From sequence record NC_031047.1: a stretch of DNA of 64,000 nucleotides; one strand, 5' to 3'. The position numbers were made by a program, and so were the translations under genes. The stretch is from Escherichia phage HY03. Each line of letters opens with the position of its first letter. The stretch's first letter is position 1. Under the pieces are notes generated by a model. The model had not been told where the DNA came from and did not search any database. It was given only the letters and a program-made list of their open reading frames with translations. This document shows positions 49,831-62,243 of this stretch, one piece after another.

Positions 49831-49843
49831 AAAGGAAATAAAA

Positions 49844-50752
49844 ATGTTTAAACGTAAATCTACTGCTGAACTCGCTGCACAAATGGCTAAACTGGCTGGA
49901 AATAAAGGTGGTTTTTCTTCTGAAGATAAAGGCGAGTGGAAACTGAAACTCGATAATGCGGGTAACGGTCAAGCAGTAATTCGTTTTCTTCCGTCTAAAA
50001 ATGATGAACAGGCACCATTCGCAATTCTTGTAAATCACGGTTTCAAGAAAAACGGTAAATGGTATATTGAAACATGTTCATCTACCCACGGTGATTACGA
50101 TTCTTGTCCAGTATGTCAGTACATCAGTAAAAATGATTTGTACAACACTGACAATAAAGAGTACAGTCTTGTTAAACGTAAAACTTCTTACTGGGCTAAC
50201 ATTCTTGTAGTAAAAGACCCAGCTGCTCCAGAAAACGAAGGTAAAGTATTTAAATACCGTTTCGGTAAGAAAATCTGGGATAAAATCAACGCGATGATTG
50301 CAGTTGATGTTGAAATGGGTGAAACTCCGGTTGATGTAACTTGTCCGTGGGAAGGTGCTAACTTTGTACTGAAAGTTAAACAAGTTTCTGGTTTTAGTAA
50401 CTACGACGAATCTAAATTCCTGAATCAATCTGCGATTCCAAACATTGATGATGAATCTTTCCAGAAAGAACTGTTCGAACAAATGGTTGACCTTTCTGAA
50501 ATGACTTCTAAAGATAAATTCAAATCGTTTGAAGAACTGAGCACTAAGTTCAGTCAAGTTATGGGAACTGCTGCTATGGGTGGTGCCGCAGCAACTGCCG
50601 CTAAGAAAGCTGATAAAGTTGCTGATGATTTGGATGCATTCAATGTTGATGACTTCAAAACAAAAACTGAAGATGATTTTATGAGCTCAAGCTCTGGTAG
50701 TTCATCTAGTGCTGATGACACGGACCTGGATGACCTTTTGAATGACCTTTAA
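49844..50752 (+). CDS. 32: Single-stranded DNA-binding protein gp32
   Basis: 302 aa; [50 protein letters not shown]; acidic C-terminus. Confidence 0.9.
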   Translation: MFKRKSTAELAAQMAKLAGNKGGFSSEDKGEWKLKLDNAGNGQAVIRFLPSKNDEQAPFAILVNHGFKKNGKWYIETCSSTHGDYDSCPVCQYISKNDLYNTDNKEYSLVKRKTSYWANILVVKDPAAPENEGKVFKYRFGKKIWDKINAMIAVDVEMGETPVDVTCPWEGANFVLKVKQVSGFSNYDESKFLNQSAIPNIDDESFQKELFEQMVDLSEMTSKDKFKSFEELSTKFSQVMGTAAMGGAAATAAKKADKVADDLDAFNVDDFKTKTEDDFMSSSSGSSSSADDTDLDDLLNDL

Positions 50753-50774
50753 CAGATTATATTACTAATTAATT

Positions 50775-50800
50775 GGGGACCCTAGAGGTCCCCTTTTTTA
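50775..50800 (+). terminator. Rho-independent terminator (ggggacc-ctaga-ggtcccc plus T6)
   Basis: Seen in sequence. Confidence 0.6.
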
Positions 50801-50825
50801 TTTCAAAAATTTTTTTCACAAAACT

Positions 50826-50855
50826 GTTTACATCCTTGTCCTTCCATGGTACTAT
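50826..50855 (+). promoter_or_regulatory. T4-type early promoter
   Basis: GTTTACA ... ATGGTACTAT. Confidence 0.5.
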
Positions 50856-50898
50856 ACAACTATCGGCAATACTGCTGATGATTAAAGAGGAAAATAAT

Positions 50899-51126
50899 AT
50901 GGCTAAAGTTGATATTGACATCGTTGATTTTGAATATATTGAAGAGATTATTCGTAATCGTTATCCTGAACTTAGTACCACAAGCGTGCAAGATTCTAAG
51001 TTTTGGAGTATTCAAATCGTTATTAAAGGTCCTCTTGAAGACCTCACCCTCTTTATGGCTAATGAATATTGCGATGGCATGGATTCTGAAGACGCAGAAT
51101 TTTACATGGGACTGATTGAACAATAA
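50899..51126 (+). CDS. Hypothetical acidic protein (75 aa)
   Basis: ORF track 50773..51126; ATG at 50899 after AGAGGA; the upstream part overlaps terminator and promoter. Confidence 0.4.
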   Translation: MAKVDIDIVDFEYIEEIIRNRYPELSTTSVQDSKFWSIQIVIKGPLEDLTLFMANEYCDGMDSEDAEFYMGLIEQ

Positions 51127-51172
51127 TTATCAAGGGGCTATTTGATAGCCCCGTTAAAATGAGGAAATCAAA

Positions 51173-51559
51173 GTGGAAGTTGGAAAAACTTATATCATTA
51201 ACCCTTTATTTAAAAATGACTTTGCTAACGAGTGCCGTTGCAATGTAATGATGCTAAATTTAATAGAGAAGCACGGACCTAGTTTTGTTGTAGATGAAAT
51301 GGAAAGTGATGATTGTGCTGGTGAATGTGTGGTACGTGTAACTATGGAAGATGGTACTGAATACATGGCGGGTGGCCCACTTGAGACGTATTTTGAGATT
51401 TACTCTGAAGAATTCAAATACTTTACTGAGGTAACTTTAGAAAAGCCTCAATCCGCTAATGAAGGTATAGTTTCTGGCGTAACAAAAATTCACTGCATTG
51501 TTGACGAAAATAATGTAGACGAAATCATTGAACTTTTGCGAAAAACTTTTAAGGCCTAA
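51173..51559 (+). CDS. Hypothetical protein
   Basis: ORF track; GTG start after GAGGAAA. Confidence 0.4.
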   Translation: MEVGKTYIINPLFKNDFANECRCNVMMLNLIEKHGPSFVVDEMESDDCAGECVVRVTMEDGTEYMAGGPLETYFEIYSEEFKYFTEVTLEKPQSANEGIVSGVTKIHCIVDENNVDEIIELLRKTFKA

Positions 51560-51560
51560 T

Positions 51561-51821
51561 ATGACTAAAGATGATTTCCTGGATGCGGTAGAAAAAGCTA
51601 GTGAGAAATTTGAAGTGATGGGTGTACGGGTCCATAAAGACAGAAATTACGGACTCGATATTCAAACGTATTCGTTATGGCTTGTGGGTGAACACAGTCT
51701 TGTAACCAGTTTAGTTATGGGTGTCGATACCTATCCTCTATTAGTTAAGTTCAGAAGTATGGAAAAGGCTACTAAAGAAATGATTAAGCTTGGTAAGTGG
51801 CTCGATAAAATTCAAAAATAA
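51561..51821 (+). CDS. Hypothetical protein
   Basis: ORF track 51528..51821; ATG at 51561. Confidence 0.4.
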   Translation: MTKDDFLDAVEKASEKFEVMGVRVHKDRNYGLDIQTYSLWLVGEHSLVTSLVMGVDTYPLLVKFRSMEKATKEMIKLGKWLDKIQK

Positions 51822-51823
51822 TT

Positions 51824-51853
51824 GTTTACAGCAGGGTAGTAGTGTGATACTAT
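51824..51853 (+). promoter_or_regulatory. T4-type early promoter
   Basis: GTTTACA ... TGATACTAT. Confidence 0.45.
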
Positions 51854-51881
51854 TACCCTATCAACTACTGAGGAGAATAAA

Positions 51882-52124
51882 ATGAGATTACAACGCCAGA
51901 GCATCAAAGATTCAGAAGTTAGAGGTAAATGGTATTTTAATATCATCGGTAAAGATTCTGAACTTGTTGAAAAAGCTGAACATCTTTTACGTGATATGGG
52001 ATGGGAAGATGAATGCGATGGATGTCCTCTTTATGAAGACGGAGAAAGCGCAGGATTCTGGATTTACCATTCTGACGTTGAACAGTTTAAAGCTGATTGG
52101 AAAATTGTGAAAAAGTCTGTTTAA
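51882..52124 (+). CDS. Hypothetical protein
   Basis: ORF track. Confidence 0.4.
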   Translation: MRLQRQSIKDSEVRGKWYFNIIGKDSELVEKAEHLLRDMGWEDECDGCPLYEDGESAGFWIYHSDVEQFKADWKIVKKSV

Positions 52125-52134
52125 GGAAAATAAT

Positions 52135-53506
<1,372 letters not shown>

Positions 53507-54522
53507 TAATTGAGGCCTGAGTATAAGGTGACTTATACTTGTAATCTATCTAAACGGGGAACCTCTCTAGTAGACAATCCCGTGCTAAATTGTAGGACTG
53601 CCCTTTAATAAATACTTCTATATTTAAAGAGGTATTTATGAAAAGCGGAATTTATCAGATTAAAAATACTTTAAACAATAAAGTATATGTAGGAAGTGCT
53701 AAAGATTTTGAAAAGAGATGGAAGAGGCATTTTAAAGATTTAGAAAAAGGATGCCATTCTTCTATAAAGCTTCAGAGGTCTTTTAACAAACATGGTAATG
53801 TGTTTGAATGTTCTATTTTGGAAGAAATTCCATATGAGAAAGATTTGATTATTGAACGAGAAAATTTTTGGATTAAAGAGCTTAATTCTAAAATTAATGG
53901 ATACAATATTGCTGACGCAACGTTTGGTGATACATGTTCTACGCATCCATTAAAAGAAGAAATTATTAAGAAACGTTCTGAAACTGTTAAAGCTAAGATG
54001 CTTAAACTTGGACCTGATGGTCGGAAAGCTCTTTACAGTAAACCCGGAAGTAAAAACGGGCGTTGGAATCCAGAAACCCATAAGTTTTGTAAGTGCGGTG
54101 TTCGCATACAAACTTCTGCTTATACTTGTAGTAAATGCAGAAATCGTTCAGGTGAAAATAATTCATTCTTTAATCATAAGCATTCAGACATAACTAAATC
54201 TAAAATATCAGAAAAGATGAAAGGTAAAAAGCCTAGTAATATTAAAAAGATTTCATGTGATGGGGTTATTTTTGATTGTGCAGCAGATGCAGCTAGACAT
54301 TTTAAAATTTCGTCTGGATTAGTTACTTATCGTGTAAAATCTGATAAATGGAATTGGTTCTACATAAATGCCTAACGACTATCCCTTTGGGGAGTAGGGT
54401 CAAGTGACTCGAAACGATAGACAACTTGCTTTAACAAGTTGGAGATATAGTCTGATCTGCATGGTGACATGCAGCTGGATATAATTCCGGGGTAAGATTA
54501 ACGACCTTATCTGAACATAATG
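53507..54522 (+). mobile_element. Group I intron in td (1016 nt) carrying a GIY-YIG endonuclease ORF
   Basis: Exon 1 ends with U; intron begins TAATTGAGGCCTGAG and ends ...ATAATG; exons rejoin to DVFLG|LPFNIASYA. Confidence 0.85.
53638..54375 (+). CDS. Intron-encoded GIY-YIG homing endonuclease (I-TevI-like)
   Basis: 245 aa; MKSGIYQIKNTLNNKVYVGSAKDFEKRWKRHF; zinc finger and DNA-binding C-terminus; start codon abuts a hairpin. Confidence 0.85.
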   Translation: MKSGIYQIKNTLNNKVYVGSAKDFEKRWKRHFKDLEKGCHSSIKLQRSFNKHGNVFECSILEEIPYEKDLIIERENFWIKELNSKINGYNIADATFGDTCSTHPLKEEIIKKRSETVKAKMLKLGPDGRKALYSKPGSKNGRWNPETHKFCKCGVRIQTSAYTCSKCRNRSGENNSFFNHKHSDITKSKISEKMKGKKPSNIKKISCDGVIFDCAADAARHFKISSGLVTYRVKSDKWNWFYINA

Positions 54523-54834
54523 CTTCCATTCAACATTGCATCATATGCTGCGTTAGTTCATATTGTAGCTAAGATGTGTAATCTTATTCCGGGAGATTTG
54601 ATATTTTCCGGTGGTAATACTCATATCTATATGAATCACGTAGAACAATGTAAAGAAATTTTACGTCGTGAACCTATGGATTTATGCGAATTGCAATTAA
54701 AATTTCCAGATGAATTTGATGAATGGGGCACAGAATCGCAGGTATTTTGGTTGAGTCAATTCGCAAAGCCGCATAATTTTGTTCTTAACAACTATGTATC
54801 TCACCCGCCAATTAAAGGAAAGATGGCGGTATAA
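54523..54834 (+). CDS. td: Thymidylate synthase exon 2
   Basis: LPFNIASYAALVHIVAKMCNL...; exon 1 plus exon 2 give 286 aa. Confidence 0.85.
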   Translation, partial: LPFNIASYAALVHIVAKMCNLIPGDLIFSGGNTHIYMNHVEQCKEILRREPMDLCELQLKFPDEFDEWGTESQVFWLSQFAKPHNFVLNNYVSHPPIKGKMAV

Positions 54835-54845
54835 TTTTAATTTAA

Positions 54846-55121
54846 TTGCGAGGATATATGATTTTACGATTTAAAGATACTTCTGGTGTAGTTCTTTTTA
54901 CACTTCCTAATCCAAGTGAGTTAGAAGTTCCAGGACCAAATCAGCCTATTATCATTTATGGCAAAAAATATTATACTCATAAAATGACTCGTGAGTATTT
55001 TGATAATAAAATTTCCACAGTTAAAACTTCTTCTGATTGTTATTATGATATTACTGTTTTAACGGAAGAACAATATGAACACCTACAACCGCGCGGGCCG
55101 TCTATGCCGGGTAGTGAATAA
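54846..55121 (+). CDS. Hypothetical protein
   Basis: ORF track. Confidence 0.4.
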   Translation: MRGYMILRFKDTSGVVLFTLPNPSELEVPGPNQPIIIYGKKYYTHKMTREYFDNKISTVKTSSDCYYDITVLTEEQYEHLQPRGPSMPGSE

Positions 55122-55400
55122 ATACAAATCCGACTTTGATGTTAATATTCACCGTGGTACATTTAGAGCCTTTACGTCGGTAAAGATGCTGGCAGCCGGG
55201 AGGCTGCCATTGAATTATTCAAAAAAGATTTTATACGTCGAATTAAATCCGGAGAAATAACTAAAGAACATTTAGAGCCTTTACGTGGAATGAGGCTAGG
55301 ATGCACATGTAAACCAAAGCCGTGTCATGGTGATATAATAGCTCATATAGTTAACCGATTGTTTAAAGACGATTTTCAAGTTGAGGACTTATGCAATTAA
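55075..55400 (+). pseudogene. DUF4326-like gene apparently disrupted by a frameshift (N-terminal part in one frame, remainder in another)
   Basis: [17 protein letters not shown] in the ORF-track frame; ...VGKDAGSREAAIELF...LGCTCKPKPCHGDII in a second frame with no start codon; family recalled from memory. Confidence 0.35.
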
Positions 55401-57655
55401 TTAATGTTATCAAAAGTAGTGGTGTTTCTCAGAGCTTTGACCCGCAAAAAATTATTAAAGTTTTATCTTGGGCAGCTGAAGGAACATCAGTAGATCCTTA
55501 TGAATTATATGAAAATATTAAATCTTATCTCCGTGATGGAATGACAACTGATGATATTCAGACTATTGTCATTAAGGCTGCTGCAAATTCTATTTCAGTT
55601 GAAGAGCCTGATTACCAATATGTAGCCGCTCGCTGTTTAATGTTTGCTCTTCGTAAGCATGTTTATGGGCAGTATGAACCACGTTCATTTATTGACCATA
55701 TTTCTTATTGTGTAAATGCAGGTAAATATGACCCTGAATTGTTGTCAAAATATTCTGCAGAAGAAATTACATTTTTAGAATCAAAAATTAAGCACGAGCG
55801 GGATATGGAATTTACTTATTCCGGGGCGATGCAATTAAAAGAAAAATATCTAGTTAAAGATAAAACCACTGGTCAAATTTATGAAACTCCGCAGTTTGCA
55901 TTTATGACTATTGGAATGGCACTGCATCAAGATGAACCTGTTGATAGATTAAAACATGTTATCCGTTTTTATGAAGCAGTATCTACTCGACAGATTTCAT
56001 TGCCAACTCCTATTATGGCTGGTTGTCGTACTCCTACTCGACAGTTCAGTTCATGCGTTGTTATTGAGGCAGGAGATTCGCTGAAGTCTATCAATAAGGC
56101 TTCTGCTTCAATTGTTGAATATATCTCCAAACGAGCTGGAATCGGCATTAACGTTGGTATGATTCGTGCCGAAGGTTCTAAGATTGGCATGGGTGAAGTA
56201 CGCCATACTGGTGTTATTCCTTTTTGGAAACATTTTCAGACTGCTGTTAAATCATGCTCACAGGGTGGAATTCGTGGCGGCGCTGCTACTGCTTATTATC
56301 CTATTTGGCATTTGGAAGTTGAAAATCTTCTCGTTTTGAAAAATAACAAAGGCGTAGAAGAAAACCGCATCCGTCATATGGATTATAGTGTTCAGCTGAA
56401 TGATTTGATGATGGAACGATTCGGAAAGAATGATTATATTACTTTGTTCAGTCCGCATGAAATGGGTGGCGAGCTTTATTATTCTTATTTTAAAGACCAA
56501 GACCGTTTCCGTGAATTATACGAAGCAGCAGAAAAAGACCCTAATATTCGTAAAAAGCGTATTAAAGCCCGTGAACTATTTGAATTGCTCATGACTGAAC
56601 GTTCAGGGACAGCAAGGATTTATGTACAGTTCATTGATAATACGAATAACTATACTCCGTTTATTCGTGAAAAGGCACCTATTCGTCAGAGTAACTTGTG
56701 CTGTGAAATTGCTATTCCAACAAATGATGTGAATAGCCCTGATGCTGAAATTGGATTGTGTACTCTCTCTGCATTCGTACTGGATAATTTTGACTGGCAA
56801 GACCAAGATAAAATTAATGAATTGGCAGAAGTCCAAGTTCGTGCTCTTGATAATCTTTTGGATTACCAAGGATATCCAGTTCCTGAAGCAGAAAAAGCTA
56901 AAAAGCGTCGTAACCTCGGTGTAGGTGTTACCAACTATGCAGCTTGGCTGGCAAGTAACTTTGCTTCTTATGAAGATGCTAACGATTTAACACATGAACT
57001 ATTTGAGAGATTACAGTATGGACTCATTAAAGCATCCATTAAGCTCGCCAAAGAAAAAGGACCTTGCGAATATTATTCAGACACTCGTTGGTCTCGAGGC
57101 GAATTACCTATCGACTGGTACAATAAAAAGATTGACCAAATCGCAGCTCCAAAATACGTTTGTGACTGGTCGGCGCTGCGGGAAGACCTTAAGCTCTTTG
57201 GCATCCGTAATAGCACATTATCAGCACTTATGCCATGTGAGTCATCTTCCCAAGTTTCTAACAGTACAAATGGTATCGAGCCTCCACGTGGACCAGTCTC
57301 TGTTAAAGAATCAAAAGAGGGCTCCTTTAATCAAGTCGTGCCCAATATTGAGCATAACATAGACCTTTACGACTATACATGGAAATTAGCTAAGAAAGGT
57401 AATAAACCTTATCTTACGCAGGTAGCTATTATGCTGAAATGGGTATGTCAATCAGCTTCAGCGAATACATATTATGACCCGCAGATTTTTCCAAAAGGAA
57501 AGGTTCCAATGTCTGTAATGATTGATGACCTTTTGTATTTTTGGTATTTTGGCGGAAAAAATTTCTATTATCATAATACTCGTGATGGTTCCGGTACTGA
57601 TGATTACGAAATAGAAACTCCAAAAGCCGATGATTGCGCAGCGTGTAAATTGTAA
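55391..57655 (+). CDS. nrdA: Ribonucleotide reductase large subunit NrdA
   Basis: 754 aa; ATP-cone N-terminus; class I RNR motifs. Confidence 0.9.
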   Translation: MQLINVIKSSGVSQSFDPQKIIKVLSWAAEGTSVDPYELYENIKSYLRDGMTTDDIQTIVIKAAANSISVEEPDYQYVAARCLMFALRKHVYGQYEPRSFIDHISYCVNAGKYDPELLSKYSAEEITFLESKIKHERDMEFTYSGAMQLKEKYLVKDKTTGQIYETPQFAFMTIGMALHQDEPVDRLKHVIRFYEAVSTRQISLPTPIMAGCRTPTRQFSSCVVIEAGDSLKSINKASASIVEYISKRAGIGINVGMIRAEGSKIGMGEVRHTGVIPFWKHFQTAVKSCSQGGIRGGAATAYYPIWHLEVENLLVLKNNKGVEENRIRHMDYSVQLNDLMMERFGKNDYITLFSPHEMGGELYYSYFKDQDRFRELYEAAEKDPNIRKKRIKARELFELLMTERSGTARIYVQFIDNTNNYTPFIREKAPIRQSNLCCEIAIPTNDVNSPDAEIGLCTLSAFVLDNFDWQDQDKINELAEVQVRALDNLLDYQGYPVPEAEKAKKRRNLGVGVTNYAAWLASNFASYEDANDLTHELFERLQYGLIKASIKLAKEKGPCEYYSDTRWSRGELPIDWYNKKIDQIAAPKYVCDWSALREDLKLFGIRNSTLSALMPCESSSQVSNSTNGIEPPRGPVSVKESKEGSFNQVVPNIEHNIDLYDYTWKLAKKGNKPYLTQVAIMLKWVCQSASANTYYDPQIFPKGKVPMSVMIDDLLYFWYFGGKNFYYHNTRDGSGTDDYEIETPKADDCAACKL

Positions 57656-58296
57656 TGAATTATCAAAAAATCTATAATGACCTAATTTCCCGAGCTCAGG
57701 CTCGGGAATCTTTATCAGAATATAAAGAGACACATCATATAATCCCTAGATGTATGGGAGGTTCTGATGATAAGGAAAATTTAGTTGAATTAACAGGTAG
57801 AGAGCATTTTATAGCGCATTGGCTTTTATGTAAAATATATGACACTCCAGGATTAAAGAAAGCTTTTGGTTTAATGTGCTTGACTGGTAAAAATCGCTCA
57901 TATAAAATTTCTTCTCAACTATACGAATTAGGTAGACGACGTTTGTCTGAAGCTGCTATAGGACGTGAAGTTTCTACAGAAACCAGAGAAAAGATAAGTA
58001 GAGCTCTTAAAGGAAGGAAATTTACTAAAGAGCATTTAGCTCGCATGAGAAAACCTAAAACTGAAGAAGCTAAAAAGAATATAGCTGCTGCTAAAGTCGG
58101 CGTGCTTAATCCAATGTATGGTACAATCTCTCCAACGAGAGATGTTCCTCATACTAAAGAAACTCGCGATTTGATTTCTTTGAGAACTAAACAAGGTGCA
58201 GAGTATCCGCCGTGTCCGCATTGTGGAAAGAAAGTTAATAAAGGTAATGCTTTAAGATGGCATTATGATAAATGTAAATTTAAGGATTCTAAATGA
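57655..58296 (+). CDS. mobE: Free-standing HNH homing endonuclease (MobE-like) between nrdA and nrdB
   Basis: 213 aa; HHIIPRCMGGSDDKENLVELTGREH; CPHCGKK...WHYDKCK zinc finger. Confidence 0.7.
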   Translation: MNYQKIYNDLISRAQARESLSEYKETHHIIPRCMGGSDDKENLVELTGREHFIAHWLLCKIYDTPGLKKAFGLMCLTGKNRSYKISSQLYELGRRRLSEAAIGREVSTETREKISRALKGRKFTKEHLARMRKPKTEEAKKNIAAAKVGVLNPMYGTISPTRDVPHTKETRDLISLRTKQGAEYPPCPHCGKKVNKGNALRWHYDKCKFKDSK

Positions 58297-58968
58297 GTAC
58301 AGTTTTTAATACATCACCTGTTAATATTTTGACTGAGCCGATGTTTTTTGGTTCTGGATTGGGTTTAGCTCGATATGATATTCAACGGCATCGAGTATTT
58401 GAAGAACTTATTGAGAAGTCTTTGTCATTTTTCTGGCGTCCTGAAGAAGTAAACTTGATGATGGATGCTGCACAATTTAACAAGCTTCCTCAGTATCAGC
58501 AGAATATTTTTACTAACAACTTGAAGTATCAATCACTTCTAGATAGCATTCAGGGTCGTGCACCGTCTGCTGTACTTATGTCATTAATTTCAGACCCAAG
58601 TCTTGATACATGGGTTGCTACATGGACTTTTAGTGAAACTATTCACAGTCGTTCATATACTCATATCATGCGAAATCTTTATACTGATCCATCGAAGGTA
58701 TTTGATGAGATTGTACTAGATGAAGCTATCATGAAACGTGCTGAATCTATCGGTCGCTATTATGATGATGTTCTGACTAAAACCCGTGAATGGGAAAATG
58801 CTAAAGAATTTACAGAACTAGCTAAAGAATCTCCTGATGCTGTTTTTCGTTTAAATCGAGCTATTAAACAAGAAGCCGAAGCTAAACGAGCACTAATGAA
58901 ATCTCTTTACCTTTGCCTTCATGTAATCAATGCATTGGAAGCTATTCGTTTTTATGTATCTTTCGCGT
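58293..58968 (+). CDS. nrdB: Ribonucleotide reductase small subunit NrdB exon 1
   Basis: Ends ...EAIRFYVSFA plus the first nucleotide of a Cys codon; in-frame TAA follows. Confidence 0.8.
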
Positions 58969-59081
58969 AAAATGCGCCTTTAAGCAGTAATGCTTATCGA
59001 AAACTCCTTTAATTGCTGGAAAATCCAGAAATGGAAAACTAGCAGCCAAGGTTTTGCTTGCACCTTTAATTAGTATAATAT

Positions 59082-59089
59082 TATAAATA
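59082..59089 (+). promoter_or_regulatory. Late promoter TATAAATA upstream of the intron endonuclease ORF
   Basis: Perfect octamer about 30 nt upstream of the ORF start. Confidence 0.45.
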
Positions 59090-59119
59090 TGATGATTATA
59101 CTTTTAAGAGGATGCACAA

Positions 59120-59929
59120 TTGAATTATAGAAAAATTTGGATAGATGCTAACGGACCGATACCTAAAGATTCTGATGGAAGAACGTATGAAATCCATCAT
59201 AAAGATGGTAACCGTGAAAATAATGATTTAGATAATTTGATGTGTCTTTCTATACAGGAACATTATGATATACATTTAGCTCAAAAAGATTACCAGGCAT
59301 GTCACGCTATAAAGCTTAGAATGAAATATTCTCCTGAAGAAATTTCTGAATTAGCTTCTAAAGCTGCAAAATCTAGAGAAATCCAGGTTTTTAATATCCC
59401 TGAAGTGAGAGCTAAAAATATTGCCTCTATTAAATCTAAGATAGAAAACGGTACATTTCATCTTTTAAGTGGTGAAATACAACGTAAATCTAATTTAAAT
59501 CGGGTTGCATTAGGTATACATAATTTTCAACAAGCTGAGCATATTACAAAAGTTAAAGAACGTAATATTGCAGCTATAAAAGAAGGTACTCATGCATTTT
59601 GCGGTGGTAAAATGCAGTCAGAAACTCAGTCAAAACGAGTAAATGACGGTTCACATCATTTCTTATCAGAAGACCATAAGAAAAGAACATCAGCAAAAAC
59701 ATTAGAAATGGTTAAGAACGGGACCCATCCTGCACAAAAAGAAATCACATGTGATTTCTGTGGTCACACTGGTAAAGGTCCTGGATTTTATCTAAAACAT
59801 AATGACAGATGTAAATTAAATCCAAATAGAATTCAATTGAATTGTCCATATTGTGATAAGAAAGATTTATCACCATCAACATATAAACGATGGCACGGCG
59901 ACAATTGCAAAACAAGGTTCAACGACTAG
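59120..59929 (+). CDS. Intron-encoded HNH homing endonuclease (I-TevIII-like), TTG start
   Basis: 269 aa; EIHHKDGNRENNDLDNLMCLSIQEH HNH core; several CxxC zinc motifs. Confidence 0.75.
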   Translation: MNYRKIWIDANGPIPKDSDGRTYEIHHKDGNRENNDLDNLMCLSIQEHYDIHLAQKDYQACHAIKLRMKYSPEEISELASKAAKSREIQVFNIPEVRAKNIASIKSKIENGTFHLLSGEIQRKSNLNRVALGIHNFQQAEHITKVKERNIAAIKEGTHAFCGGKMQSETQSKRVNDGSHHFLSEDHKKRTSAKTLEMVKNGTHPAQKEITCDFCGHTGKGPGFYLKHNDRCKLNPNRIQLNCPYCDKKDLSPSTYKRWHGDNCKTRFND

Positions 59930-60064
59930 TCTTCGGACGTAGGGTCAAGCGACTCGAAATGGGGAGAATCCCTCCGGGATTGTGATATAGTCTGGACTGC
60001 ATGGTAACATGCAGCAGTTCATAAGAGAACGGGTTGAGAATTAGCGAGCTCAATCGAACATACG

Positions 60065-60567
60065 GTACCTTTAACTTCCATAAGAACATGGAAATCATGG
60101 AAGGTAATGCCAAGATTATGAAGTTCATTGCACGTGATGAGCAGCTTCACCTTAAAGGCACCCAATATATTATTCGTCAACTTCAATCCGGTACTGATGG
60201 CGATGAATGGGTTAAAATTGCTCAAGAGTGTGAACAAGAAGCAGTTGATATTTTCATGGAAGTTAACCGCCAAGAAAAAGATTGGGCAGTTCATTTATTT
60301 AAAGATGGTGATGTTCCTGGATTAAATACAAATAGCATGTGGAGCTTTATTGATTACTTAACTGTATCTCGTATGAAACAGTGCGGTCTTCCATGCCCAA
60401 TTACCGATGCTCCGGTTAAACATCCATATCCTTGGATTCGTGAATACCTTAATTCTGATAATGTTCAATCCGCGCCACAAGAAGTAGAACTGTCATCTTA
60501 CCTTGTTGCACAGATTGATAATGATGTTGATGATAAAGTTATGATGAGTTTTAAAAAATACTTTTAA
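60065..60567 (+). CDS. nrdB: Ribonucleotide reductase small subunit NrdB exon 2
   Basis: ...TFNFHKNMEIMEGNAKIMKFIARDEQLHL; RNR R2 C-terminus. Confidence 0.8.
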
Positions 60568-60571
60568 GGAG

Positions 60572-60594
60572 TGGGCCGCAAGGCCCATTTTATT
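60572..60594 (+). terminator. Hairpin tgggcc-GCAA-ggccca plus T-rich run between nrdB and denA
   Basis: Seen in sequence; may also act as a split ribosome binding site (see findings). Confidence 0.4.
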
Positions 60595-62182
<1,588 letters not shown>

Positions 62183-62185
62183 GCT

Positions 62186-62215
62186 GTTTACAAGTCCCTC
62201 GTGTTGTGTTATAGT
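62186..62215 (+). promoter_or_regulatory. T4-type early promoter
   Basis: GTTTACA ... TATAGT. Confidence 0.45.
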
Positions 62216-62243
62216 AGACTTACTGACATAACATGAGGACTTT

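Larger units (their letters stand above)
58969..60064 (+). mobile_element. Group I intron in nrdB (about 1096 nt) carrying a full-length HNH endonuclease ORF
   Basis: Boundaries inferred: exon 1 ends in U, intron ends in G, splice restores FYVSFA-C-TFNFHKNMEIMEGNAK. Confidence 0.7.

Noticed and set aside
56258-56869. Minus-strand ORFs within nrdA
   Set aside because: Embedded antisense in a conserved 754-aa RNR gene; no independent signals.
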